Source of the DNA: a virus
Direction: 5' to 3' (one strand)
Length of the DNA stretch: 64,000 nt
IMG/VR virus record: IMGVR_UViG_3300003320_000410
Coordinates: 6,937-70,936 of that record
Under the pieces are notes generated by a model, which was not told the DNA's origin, made no database searches, and worked only from the letters and a program-made list of their open reading frames with translations. Made by a program: the position numbers and the translations under genes. Below are positions 17,831 through 27,708 of the stretch, in pieces; the stretch's first letter is position 1, and every line of letters starts with the position of its first letter.

Positions 17831-18715
17831 TCAAACTTTTGTCAAAGACTCGATCTTTTTGAATATCTCATCCGCTTTGGTGCCGCCCGTGCGTAAAAAT
17901 TCTCCAAAGCGTTCTACTTCGTTTTTAACTCCATCACCCGCACCCAAAACGGTTATAACCTGCTGGTTTGATCCCCACAAAAACTTTCCACCTACCGGAT
18001 CAAACGAAACAACTCCTTTTGACATAGCCCGCTTAATAGTGGACTGATATTTTATGTTTTCGCTCTCCACCAAATCGATAAACATCTTAGGATCATCTTC
18101 CGCCATTTGTTCTATCCGGTTCCTGAGAATGTCCACATCTTCGTTTTCATCCCATACCATAGCGGCGGCAAAGTCTTTTACCTGCTGATTGGACATTCTT
18201 TCGGCGGCTGCAAATGCCTTTGTTTTTGCCTTACGAATCTCTCTTTCTTTACCGGCTTCAGCCTTTTCGTCTACCGGCGTAACTACTGGATTCCTTTTCT
18301 TATCTTGGAATAAGCCGCCGTTTACCTTGGGATGCAGTTCCAAGTACATGGCATCGGCAAATCCTTCTGGCTCCGTTAAATCCAATTTCATAACGCCTTC
18401 GTTTTTGCCATGAATGCGGATGCGTCTAAACCGTTTTGGCAATCCCTTTTCATCAACCTCTTGGACAAGCCCTATTTTTTTTACTTTTGACTTATCCGGC
18501 CTATTCTCTTTTTCATCGATAATATCAAACACTACGGGGTCCAAAGTATAATTAGCGGGCCAAATTATTTTCCCATTTACTTTTTCAGGGTCTGGGTTTT
18601 CATTGCTGATGGCAAATTTGTAAACACCTTCTTTACCTTTTGCCCGTACCCTTTCTTCTAATGATTTACGAAGATCGGGCGATAAATCATTGAAATGTGC
18701 TACTTTTTCAAGCAT
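17831..18715 (-). CDS. Head-associated protein downstream of major capsid
   Basis: Position; helical C-terminal half. Confidence 0.55.
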   Translation of the reverse strand: MLEKVAHFNDLSPDLRKSLEERVRAKGKEGVYKFAISNENPDPEKVNGKIIWPANYTLDPVVFDIIDEKENRPDKSKVKKIGLVQEVDEKGLPKRFRRIRIHGKNEGVMKLDLTEPEGFADAMYLELHPKVNGGLFQDKKRNPVVTPVDEKAEAGKEREIRKAKTKAFAAAERMSNQQVKDFAAAMVWDENEDVDILRNRIEQMAEDDPKMFIDLVESENIKYQSTIKRAMSKGVVSFDPVGGKFLWGSNQQVITVLGAGDGVKNEVERFGEFLRTGGTKADEIFKKIESLTKV

Positions 18716-18752
18716 AAAAATTTTTTGAATTGGTTATTAAATTGATGCACTT

Positions 18753-20108
18753 TTAAACTACGCGATACTTCAGGAAAAGTTTCACGCCAAGGCATTCAAG
18801 ACCTTGGGCGGTGAACCAGTCAGTGTGAAGATACATCTGGCTGTTGGTGGGAACGTCCGCCAAAGCACCTGTCCTCCATTCTTTGATAATCCCATTGGAC
18901 GAACCGGTAGCAGGATTACCGTTGAAAGGGCTAGGTGTATGGCGAATCTGCATACGTGGCTCCCGGCCACCGTCTACCGTCTCCAAGGAATCCTTGGGAA
19001 CAAAGAAGATAGAGCCGTTGATATCTGGATTAAGCGTGGCCGAAAACAATTGCGGATGATCGAAGATGGGAATATGCACGAAGTCGATCTTATAACCGCG
19101 ATAGCTGATCTGGTCAACTTCCAGGTCTACGCTACGTCCGTCGATGACCATACGGACAGAGGTAACACCCGAAGAACCCAAGTTCTTGAAAAATTTATCC
19201 AACACAGCCTTGGAACGAGACCCCATGAATCCCATTTGATCGGTGGGGGATTTGACAGCAATCCAATCATCTACGATGTCGTCCAATTCAGTAAACCCGA
19301 ATGTACCCAGAACGGCGGCTCCATCACTTGTACCGTAGGTCGTTACATACCAGTTTAGACCGCCGGTAGTTTGAATAGGAAGGCCGCTGGTGGGCTCAGC
19401 CAAGAATGGGTTGGCATCATTGAAGCTGGTGGAAGATTGAACACCGGCAATCATCTGGTAGGAAATATCTCCGTTCAGCTTGATAACCTTTTGTATCAAT
19501 TGGTAAGGCAGAATATGATAATCGCCGTTTACCTCTACTTCCACTTTAGCCACTTTCTGAACGTCGGTAATTTCATCTACTTCCCGGAAATTCTGAATGA
19601 GGTTGAAGTATTTGGTAAGTCCGTACCGACGATTAACAGGAGCATCCGATTTTTCCGGAAACGAGTTAGAGCCAAAGGCCACCAAATCATTGACGGTTGC
19701 AAAGAAAGGAGCAGCATTACCACCTACGGAGCGAACGGTTAAGGTAGCTGTGCCGGACCCGAAAGTAACCGCCTGTACACGGGCCTGTTTGCCTACGTTG
19801 TTGATGTTGGACGTTTGGATCAAATCACCTACGCGCGGAAAGGTAGCGGCGGTGTTGATCGTAAACTGGATTTGGGCCAGACCGGTAGATGTCACGGCGG
19901 AAATAGTACCCACTTCATAAACGTCATTGTTTACAAAGTTGTGGTAGTTGAACATCTTAGCAGGCTTGTAGCGGCCTACTATTTTCATGATGTCTGTAAA
20001 AGCACGGTCGCGGGATTGATCGTAAATATTAGGATCGATATCCCTCTGATCCAAAAAGTCGATGGCTGAAATGTACGATTTAATCATCGTACCCTGTGTA
20101 ACTGGCAT
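18753..20108 (-). CDS. Major capsid protein
   Basis: 451 aa after portal and scaffold; capsid-like motifs YFNLIQNFRE and TTGGL. Confidence 0.8.
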   Translation of the reverse strand: MPVTQGTMIKSYISAIDFLDQRDIDPNIYDQSRDRAFTDIMKIVGRYKPAKMFNYHNFVNNDVYEVGTISAVTSTGLAQIQFTINTAATFPRVGDLIQTSNINNVGKQARVQAVTFGSGTATLTVRSVGGNAAPFFATVNDLVAFGSNSFPEKSDAPVNRRYGLTKYFNLIQNFREVDEITDVQKVAKVEVEVNGDYHILPYQLIQKVIKLNGDISYQMIAGVQSSTSFNDANPFLAEPTSGLPIQTTGGLNWYVTTYGTSDGAAVLGTFGFTELDDIVDDWIAVKSPTDQMGFMGSRSKAVLDKFFKNLGSSGVTSVRMVIDGRSVDLEVDQISYRGYKIDFVHIPIFDHPQLFSATLNPDINGSIFFVPKDSLETVDGGREPRMQIRHTPSPFNGNPATGSSNGIIKEWRTGALADVPTNSQMYLHTDWFTAQGLECLGVKLFLKYRVV

Positions 20109-20159
20109 GGCTATAGATTGTAAATGTTAAATAATTTTTCATTTACAACCCTAGTGCTC

Positions 20160-21344
20160 TTATTGTCCGCCGGAGACTAATCGACCGCGTTTGGCTGCTG
20201 CTGCTGCTGGACTCATATTTTCTATCTCAGCTTTAGCGGGTGCGCCTGGGTCTTTCGGTTTGGCGTTCTCTATGGGTTCGATGGCTTTCTGGCCGCCAAG
20301 AGATTTGTAATGTTTTGCGTATTGGGTGAGGAAGTCTTTTCCGTGAATGGCTATCATGGCTATGAGGGCCTGCTTTTCTACGTCGGGAACAAATTGAGTG
20401 GAACCGTCTGGTTTATCTTGCTTGATAAACATATGCTCACCCCATTTATTCTGATCGAAAAGGACTTCTAACAGATTGTTGGGATCAACGGGGTAACTGA
20501 ACTTGTCATCACCCTCCCCAAAGGTCATTTTCTTATCTGCTAAAACGCCTCTTATATATGGATTGTCGTTCACGAACGACTGATACGCTTCTCTCTCTTG
20601 TTGACGCTGCTGTTCCTGTGGGTCAGGTACAGCGGGCTTCGGCTCTGGCGCGGCGGGGAGTAAATACTTTTGTTGTTCTGTCGTTAATTGAGTCCGAATG
20701 GCTTTTACATCGGCCATTAATTCGATCTTGCCATCTTCGTATTCATCTTCTGAATACAATTGCGGGTCAAGTTTGTACCGGTCAATTACTTTCAGCTTGT
20801 ACAACCGATCTAACTGTTTAGCATCCAATTCCGGATTCTGCTCCCTCAGATGATGTCTCATCACTTCTTCGGGGGCCATCTTCTGGAAATCGGTGTCTAA
20901 GGCAGCTAAATACTGTCTTACATTGCCGTTTGACTTGTAGTGATGTAAGAGCCCTAAAACTTTGGGGTCCAAATCTTTCAAGTCGGCCAGTCTTTCATCA
21001 AACCCCAGCTCCTTCAAAATTGCACTGGGTTGTTGACTTTTAAGAACTTCTTGCCAAGTGGGAATCACCGGTTGCGGAGGCTCTGTATGAGGTGTTGCCG
21101 CTGGTTCTTCTTTCTTTGGCGTAGGAGTACTTGGTTTTGCCTCAGCTTTCGGCGTCTCAGTCGCAGGCGCGGGTGTAGACGGGGTGGCTGGTGTAGGTTC
21201 TTCCTTTTTCTCCGTTGTATTGATAGATGGCACGGGGCCGTCATCTCCTGGTTGTCTCAACACGCCTGACTTTGCCATTACTGCCGCTAAATTCGGGGCT
21301 ACTTCTGCGGGCGCGTCGATATCGTAAAACTTTCTTATGTACAT
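20160..21344 (-). CDS. Capsid scaffolding protein
   Basis: Pro/Glu/Lys-rich disordered N-terminus plus helical body, directly upstream of MCP. Confidence 0.65.
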   Translation of the reverse strand: MYIRKFYDIDAPAEVAPNLAAVMAKSGVLRQPGDDGPVPSINTTEKKEEPTPATPSTPAPATETPKAEAKPSTPTPKKEEPAATPHTEPPQPVIPTWQEVLKSQQPSAILKELGFDERLADLKDLDPKVLGLLHHYKSNGNVRQYLAALDTDFQKMAPEEVMRHHLREQNPELDAKQLDRLYKLKVIDRYKLDPQLYSEDEYEDGKIELMADVKAIRTQLTTEQQKYLLPAAPEPKPAVPDPQEQQRQQEREAYQSFVNDNPYIRGVLADKKMTFGEGDDKFSYPVDPNNLLEVLFDQNKWGEHMFIKQDKPDGSTQFVPDVEKQALIAMIAIHGKDFLTQYAKHYKSLGGQKAIEPIENAKPKDPGAPAKAEIENMSPAAAAAKRGRLVSGGQ

Positions 21345-21413
21345 TTGAATTGGTTAGTTAAAGTTAGAATAATTTTTGATTATCCAAAAAAATTGTGCAT
21401 TTATTTTCCCGGA

Positions 21414-21860
21414 TTAGGAAATTTCCGCCTCAATAATGAGATTGGTCAAGTCCCAGTAATGGGTCCGTCCGGTCGCCTGATCGGGGAAATGAGCTTTCCC
21501 TAACCGTTCGTATTGGTGTTCGACTAGCTTTAAAACACCCTCGTTATTAAGCTCTCGCAAGGTTATCCGCAACCTCTTCATAACATCTTGTCTGATGTAT
21601 TCTGGCTGAGCCGGGGGTTTTACTATCGGATATAGAGACTTTAAAAAGTCATTCAATTTTATCCTACCCTTCTTTCCTTGTGCAAAAGCTTTAATTCTTT
21701 CTTTGTGCGAAAGGGCTGGATTCATTTCTGGCTTTAATTCTGTAGTTACTGGTTTTTCTTCCGGCATTATGGGAGTGTCGGCTTTTACTTCTGTAACTAC
21801 TACTTCTTGAACAGGTGATGGCTGTTCGTTTACATTTTGTGTGTTTAATTCTGTAGACAT
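21414..21860 (-). CDS. Hypothetical protein between portal and scaffold
   Basis: ORF track; acidic disordered N-terminus. Confidence 0.65.
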   Translation of the reverse strand: MSTELNTQNVNEQPSPVQEVVVTEVKADTPIMPEEKPVTTELKPEMNPALSHKERIKAFAQGKKGRIKLNDFLKSLYPIVKPPAQPEYIRQDVMKRLRITLRELNNEGVLKLVEHQYERLGKAHFPDQATGRTHYWDLTNLIIEAEIS

Positions 21861-21862
21861 AT

Positions 21863-24208
21863 TTATTCTGATTTAGTTGTGGGTTCTAAAAGTTTGGGTA
21901 TGTTTTGGATATGACTCGCCGCAATCTTCGCCGTTCCTGTTGTGTCAGCTACCGCTTGCTTCGAAAAATTACTCTCCCTAGCTATCTGTAGGGCATACTG
22001 CTGTCTTAATTGCTCTTTCTGAAGTTCGCCGTCTACTTCCATTTTCTTTTTCTGTAATTCAACTTGGGCCTCAAGCTGCTTTTGTTGCATCATCGATTGT
22101 GCGGCAATTTGAGCGGCCATTTGCGATTGCTGCCCTTGTGTTTGCAGTTCGGCTTGCTTTTGCATGGCCATTTTATCTTTAGCCTTTTCAACACGGTAGG
22201 CCAAAATTCTCATTGCTTGTTTTGCGTTATGAGTGCTTATAATAAATATTGCATCTGCGGTAGATAAAAAACCATTCGCTATGTCCTGCTGAACGAGATT
22301 CATTAGCCATGCTTTTTCTTGTTCTGTGCTGGCCTCTTGTAGCATAATTCCATGATCCCTAACACTCAAGTCGGAATCCAATTTCAAAAACGTAAGTGCA
22401 TTAGAATTGAGGGCACCTTTATATGGCATTACCCCTTCTACGTCTCCCTTGCGTAAACCTTGTTTTTGACGGCAGAGCACATCTTCCGCTAATTTACAAG
22501 TAAGCCAATTCTCTGCTGCTGCTAACGGATAAAGTGCGTCGTCTGTGCTGATATTGGCGGTCTCATATCCTGGCGTAAGCGTTTTCGGGTTAGGGTCTCC
22601 TGCCGTAATAGCATTATATCCAGTGGTTGCTTCTATGGATTGTACCGTATTTAAAAGGTCTTGATATAGTCCTGCCAATTCCGATATAGCTGAGTTGGTA
22701 ATGGGGATAACCGGTTTCCAGTTTGGCCCCATTGGATTGCCGTCTTCGCCTTTGCTTCGCCCCAATAAGACTCCCGTATCGAAGAACATTTGCAAAACTT
22801 CTCGTGGGGTCATGTTCTTGCCGCCCTTGTTCAAAGCGATATTTTCCAGCGCATCCAAATCTATCCACCAACCAGAAGGAACGGCCCTATTTTTCCAGTT
22901 CTGTATTTTATAAATAGTAAGTTGATAGTCGTCCAGGTAAGGGATAAGACGTTCCATAACGCCTTGTGCCCGCATTTCATAGAAATTGAAGGCATAGAAC
23001 TTATAAGATAGAGTTGTCTGAGCCTTCTTTTTAGGGTCGTTGCTCCTTTTTTGATCATAGGCCAGCCCAAAATCATATACATGATCCGTTCCTACTATCC
23101 ATTTTACTTTATAGATAGATTTCACTCGTTTGCGGGTGTATTTATCTTTAGCTACTTTTCCCCGGCCATAATCGGCCCGTCTAAAATCCAGTTGTCCGGA
23201 TTCATTAACAACCATTTTGTAATTGTAATCGTCGTAGCTTTCAAACTCCAAGTCCAGCACCTTGCACTTGAACTTATCATATGGACGGTACATCCCCACA
23301 ACGCGACCATAGATGTTAGGATTTCCCCATTTACCAGCCAATGACCCTGCAAATTCTTGTAACTCATCCTCGCTAAAGCGTGGCGTTCCATCTTCATTTT
23401 TAATCAATGCCAAATCATTCAGTGATACATCTATGACCTCTCCGGCATGCACCATATCTGTAAAGTCACCCTTACGACATAGGTTAGTGATAACACATTC
23501 CACATTGGCGCGGCGGAATTTCGCTTTATTGTCGTCACCCAACCATTCTTTGTATCCGGCTATCCCGTAATCGAAAAGGTCTTCATAAATGCTTTTTCTC
23601 CATTGGATATAATCATTTTCATAAAATCCTAATTCGATGGCATTTTCGGCATCCTCACTACGCATAAATTGTTCTCCCATCATAATTCGCATTTCCAATT
23701 CCTCTACGTCCATTGGTTCGCCTGATTGTAAGGATATGAGCGGGTGATTCGCCATTTCAGGATTTTGCTGCTGCATCAATTGACGAACGGCTAATTTTGC
23801 CTTCATGCCAGCATAGTATTGATCCAATTCTCCTTTTGCTAAGGAATCTACAGGGGTAGCAACAATCCCCATTACCTGCTTCATCAAACGAGACAATGCT
23901 CTATCCCTATATCTGGAAACGATCGGTCGTACGGTCCAGTCCACAGAAAGCCATGTTTCATCCGTCTGCTGATCTACCCCCAATTGCTTCTTGTATTGAG
24001 ATATGACCTGTTTTCCTAATGCATACATTCTGAATTTTTCGTAGTCCCCATTGTTGTTGTATAATACTCCCTTTGGATAGGCGTAACACCAATCATAAAA
24101 TGCTGCCTTAGCATATGCCATACAATATTCTGCACCCTTTTTTGCCGGGTCTATAGCGGAATCAGGAAAAGGATAACTCCCACCCGCAGCTATTTGTACA
24201 TACCGCAT
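21863..24208 (-). CDS. Portal protein
   Basis: 781 aa following terminase; Gln-rich coiled-coil C-terminus. Confidence 0.8.
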   Translation of the reverse strand: MRYVQIAAGGSYPFPDSAIDPAKKGAEYCMAYAKAAFYDWCYAYPKGVLYNNNGDYEKFRMYALGKQVISQYKKQLGVDQQTDETWLSVDWTVRPIVSRYRDRALSRLMKQVMGIVATPVDSLAKGELDQYYAGMKAKLAVRQLMQQQNPEMANHPLISLQSGEPMDVEELEMRIMMGEQFMRSEDAENAIELGFYENDYIQWRKSIYEDLFDYGIAGYKEWLGDDNKAKFRRANVECVITNLCRKGDFTDMVHAGEVIDVSLNDLALIKNEDGTPRFSEDELQEFAGSLAGKWGNPNIYGRVVGMYRPYDKFKCKVLDLEFESYDDYNYKMVVNESGQLDFRRADYGRGKVAKDKYTRKRVKSIYKVKWIVGTDHVYDFGLAYDQKRSNDPKKKAQTTLSYKFYAFNFYEMRAQGVMERLIPYLDDYQLTIYKIQNWKNRAVPSGWWIDLDALENIALNKGGKNMTPREVLQMFFDTGVLLGRSKGEDGNPMGPNWKPVIPITNSAISELAGLYQDLLNTVQSIEATTGYNAITAGDPNPKTLTPGYETANISTDDALYPLAAAENWLTCKLAEDVLCRQKQGLRKGDVEGVMPYKGALNSNALTFLKLDSDLSVRDHGIMLQEASTEQEKAWLMNLVQQDIANGFLSTADAIFIISTHNAKQAMRILAYRVEKAKDKMAMQKQAELQTQGQQSQMAAQIAAQSMMQQKQLEAQVELQKKKMEVDGELQKEQLRQQYALQIARESNFSKQAVADTTGTAKIAASHIQNIPKLLEPTTKSE

Positions 24209-24209
24209 A

Positions 24210-24359
24210 TCATGCTATATTTAAATGTTTCCAACTTTTTTTTGATATAAGTTCTCCAACGTGTTGCCGACCAAGAGTACTTATTTGATAATCCCCATCA
24301 TATCCTACTATATCTCTCCATATTTCCTTTTCTCCCGCTGCGATCTGAACGTATCTCAT
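24210..24359 (-). pseudogene. Internally deleted NUMOD4 homing endonuclease relic (49 aa) fused to a copy of portal codons 1-9; not in track
   Basis: MRYVQIAAG-EKEIWRDIVGYDGDYQISTLGR-QHVGELISKKSWKHLNIA. Confidence 0.75.
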
Positions 24360-24361
24360 AA

Positions 24362-26476
24362 TTAACTAGCTTTATGCATTGGCAAAATAGATTCAATATC
24401 TCTGTGTGCTTCTGTTGGTCGTTTATACCTTGTTCCTCTAACGTTAATGAGTGTAAATCCAGCTGCCATAGGTTCATCGAACTTTTGAGTATCCTCCACC
24501 GCAAAACCTAACCACCCGGTATCTTTTCTTATTAATGACTTAAACAGTATTTTTTTATGATGTTCATTGATATACGATTCTGTATAATTGCATATCATTT
24601 GCACCACATTGCCAGTTCCGTCTGTATAAATTCCTGGTTCTGCTTCTCCCGGCAACCATACTAAGAATCCGCCGCATCCCATTTCATTAAAATAATCCTT
24701 CCAGTGGTTAACGTTCCTTTCGAATAATACCTTGCACCCGCATAGCCAGGCCATTTTAAGAACATCATCATTTGCCTCCCTAGTTGATCCGGGTCTGAAA
24801 CAATATCTAAGAACAAACATATCATTAAACTCATTTTCCAAGTCTAACTGATCTTTTACTTGATAGGCAAATGCTGCACAATTTGATCTTCGTTTATCCT
24901 TTGTCTTATCATACTTAAACGGGTCCGCTCCTATTCGAATGGCGAAATTATTGTTCGGAATAAATTTACCATTGTTTTCTACAACCTTATTAGGGTCCTT
25001 CGGCCACCAATCTTTTACTTTTTCAAATCTACCATTTTCATTTGGAATCCATACAATTTCATTGACGACTAGTTTTTCTTCGCCGCGTACATCTTTTTTT
25101 ATTTGGAATGGCATTCCGTCTTTCCATTTCAAATCCCCTTTTTCAGTCAAATCATTTCGCCAAGAAATAGCGTCTAACTGATTATTCAATAGTTCCGGGT
25201 CATACAAGGCATGTTCTCCGTCACCAGAAAATGCCTCTTTAAAGGTCATCGGATTTTTTCTCTTGAAAGAAGATAGCGCCCTGCTATCCCCATCATTTTC
25301 GTACTTCTGCCTAGTATTCAGCAAAAACTGGATAGCCCTTTCTTCATCCGCATAACCATACTTATCAAAGAACATGGCTTTTTGGGCGGGTACAAAGAGT
25401 GTATACAATCCCGTCCCCGTTCGTCCATTGGCATCTCGTTCCAATGGGTTTGATTGAGCCGTCATTTCTTGGAAATCATAATTCTCTGGTTCCCCTTTAT
25501 CAGGTTCTACTGTAGTAGTATATATAGCTTTTCTTCTTCCAAACTCCCCGTCAATTTCACTACAATACCGTACTATATTTTGTCGTTCTTTGATGCTAGT
25601 TGGCTTTTTAGTTTTACCAGCCTCATCCGCTACATAAGAGTCCACCTCCGGACCGTCCAGCGCGTTTTCATGGGATGCATAGAAGTTAATAAAAGAATTA
25701 AGCGCTTCTTCCGTTTGTTCCTGTTCCGCGCTTGATCCTCTACGAGAAGTATTAAAGAACCTAAGCTCTTCGCTTGGGTCGTCCCCTTTCATTACGTCGT
25801 ATGTCGGCCTAAAGAAGTGAGGTAATGTTTTCCACGGATGCACCACTCCTTTTTTGAACATTTCCCATGCATCATCATCGGTCTTGGATTGGCAGGTAGC
25901 ATGATGATTCTCTTGCCTAGAAGCTCTTTCATACATCCAACAGCCGGACTTTGCCGTCTTACCGCTTTTCCTTTTCTCGATATCGTTAAGACCTAAACAA
26001 TTTGGATCATCCTCGCAATATTTTACCACGTACCAGTACTTCATGTCTGGTATTCTGAATCCAAAATATTTACCTTGAAACTTCCAATAAGTCAACATGA
26101 AATAATGTACTCCTACAATATATTCCAATTGACTTTCTTTGGTATATGGATTGTAGTTCCAAAACCATACCCCGCACAATCTCCTATGCCATTCCCTTAC
26201 TCTAAATTCCTCTAACTCAATATTGATAAATAAAGGATCGAACTTTTGCCTTTCTTCTTCTTGTTTTCTTAGTAATTTGTAGTTTTTTGGCAATTCAGGT
26301 TTCTCCCAAAATTGTTCTTCCGGAATATCGGAACGCTTTAAAATGTCTGTCTCTTTAACTTGGCCATCAGAAACATCTACGCCATACCCAAGAGGAGGTC
26401 GCCAGCACCGGTAAATGAACCCAAATGCATTATCTGGTATTTCGTATACACTCCCTCCTAGTATCTCTTTAAACAT
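24362..26476 (-). CDS. terL: Terminase large subunit
   Basis: Walker A-like KRKSGKT, Walker B VADEAGK, nuclease-domain GADP and KFDE. Confidence 0.9.
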   Translation of the reverse strand: MFKEILGGSVYEIPDNAFGFIYRCWRPPLGYGVDVSDGQVKETDILKRSDIPEEQFWEKPELPKNYKLLRKQEEERQKFDPLFINIELEEFRVREWHRRLCGVWFWNYNPYTKESQLEYIVGVHYFMLTYWKFQGKYFGFRIPDMKYWYVVKYCEDDPNCLGLNDIEKRKSGKTAKSGCWMYERASRQENHHATCQSKTDDDAWEMFKKGVVHPWKTLPHFFRPTYDVMKGDDPSEELRFFNTSRRGSSAEQEQTEEALNSFINFYASHENALDGPEVDSYVADEAGKTKKPTSIKERQNIVRYCSEIDGEFGRRKAIYTTTVEPDKGEPENYDFQEMTAQSNPLERDANGRTGTGLYTLFVPAQKAMFFDKYGYADEERAIQFLLNTRQKYENDGDSRALSSFKRKNPMTFKEAFSGDGEHALYDPELLNNQLDAISWRNDLTEKGDLKWKDGMPFQIKKDVRGEEKLVVNEIVWIPNENGRFEKVKDWWPKDPNKVVENNGKFIPNNNFAIRIGADPFKYDKTKDKRRSNCAAFAYQVKDQLDLENEFNDMFVLRYCFRPGSTREANDDVLKMAWLCGCKVLFERNVNHWKDYFNEMGCGGFLVWLPGEAEPGIYTDGTGNVVQMICNYTESYINEHHKKILFKSLIRKDTGWLGFAVEDTQKFDEPMAAGFTLINVRGTRYKRPTEAHRDIESILPMHKAS

Positions 26477-26813
26477 CGTTCGTTCTTCTCGCTATTGATT
26501 GTGGTGTTATAGGAATAATTCGCTTGGCGTCCTTTTCTTCATCTCCCGTAATGCCAGCAGCATCGCCTAATGTTTTTATAGCAACTGCCAAATCTGCGGC
26601 ATCTTTCCAAATTACTTTCAATCTATCAAACGTCTTAGACTTTGGGTCATCCAATTCTATTTTTATCAAATCTGTATTATTTAATAATTGGGCCATTTCC
26701 CACGCCTTTCTAACTAAACTATAATATAGTTTAGCAGCTCCGTTTTCTTCATACTTAGCCACTAATTTTTCAAGTTCATCAACCCTATTTTGAAGCTCTT
26801 CAATTCTGCTCAT
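26469..26813 (-). CDS. Putative terminase small subunit
   Basis: Small helical protein overlapping the terL start. Confidence 0.45.
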   Translation of the reverse strand: MSRIEELQNRVDELEKLVAKYEENGAAKLYYSLVRKAWEMAQLLNNTDLIKIELDDPKSKTFDRLKVIWKDAADLAVAIKTLGDAAGITGDEEKDAKRIIPITPQSIARRTNDV

Positions 26814-27705
26814 TACAAATATTTTTCGTCTTTTTATTTCTATAATTCACTCCATCATATTTAGCCCCTTTGCTTATATTATCCACTTTCCACAATGGCT
26901 GTAAATTAGTATAATGGAAACATTTCAATTGTTCTTCAACCTTCGTTAGATCAAAGCTAGAGCATGGCTTTATGTGATCAATGTGAATATCAGATATATT
27001 AGCCCAAGTCATCCCTTTTTTAAATTTACTTTCTATGTGAACCTTAAGAGTTTCTTTGTCGCACCCAACCAATTCTGAAAAAGAATTTCTTTTATACTTT
27101 TCACCTCCAAGACTCTTTATGGCTGTCCTCAATCTAAATCTTAATCTTCTAGTAATTATATATGCAGGATCATTATCCTTTCTATAATTATGCCTTTGCA
27201 TCCGCCTGGCATTTAATTTTATTTTATTCTTCTGCACATACTTTTTTCTACTTTCTTTATTTTCAGGCTTATCATTCCATTCTTTTTGCTTTCTTAAAAC
27301 CTCCTCTCTATTTTTTAAATATTTTTCCCTTTTTTGTTTTTTTATCTTTTCTTTATTCAAAGGGTCAGAAATATATTTTTTATAGTGGGTTTTAGTGTAC
27401 TCTTTCCCTTCTTCACTATTTCTCCATTTAGCATTATTGCATAATAATTCATTTCTATTCTCCCAATATTTTCTCTTTCTGTACTCTTTCATTCGTTCTT
27501 TATTTTCTGGTCTGCTTCTCCATTCTAATGATCTTTTTATTTCCTCTTCCCTGTTATTCAAATATTTACTCTTTTTATATTCAGCTGAGCAGACTTTACA
27601 CATCGGCTGAACTAAGCCTGTTATAGAAGATTTTTTGTGGTATTCATTTTTATTCTTTTCAATACCACATTTTGTGCATACTTTTGTTTCTTTCCTTTTT
27701 CTCAT
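26800..27705 (-). CDS. HNH-type endonuclease with N-terminal CxxC fingers and charged repeats
   Basis: CTKC..CKVC; C-terminal HIDHIKPC...CFHYTNLQPLW..DN. Confidence 0.8.
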   Translation of the reverse strand: MRKRKETKVCTKCGIEKNKNEYHKKSSITGLVQPMCKVCSAEYKKSKYLNNREEEIKRSLEWRSRPENKERMKEYRKRKYWENRNELLCNNAKWRNSEEGKEYTKTHYKKYISDPLNKEKIKKQKREKYLKNREEVLRKQKEWNDKPENKESRKKYVQKNKIKLNARRMQRHNYRKDNDPAYIITRRLRFRLRTAIKSLGGEKYKRNSFSELVGCDKETLKVHIESKFKKGMTWANISDIHIDHIKPCSSFDLTKVEEQLKCFHYTNLQPLWKVDNISKGAKYDGVNYRNKKTKNICNEQN

Positions 27706-27708
27706 TTT

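Noticed and set aside
17019-17831. Group I intron around the GIY-YIG or other endonuclease genes
   Set aside because: Flanking genes are complete ORFs with only a few nucleotides of spacer; no room or motifs for an intron core.
24298-24504. Track ORF overlapping the terL end
   Set aside because: Out-of-frame shadow; the real unit is the 24210..24359 relic ORF.
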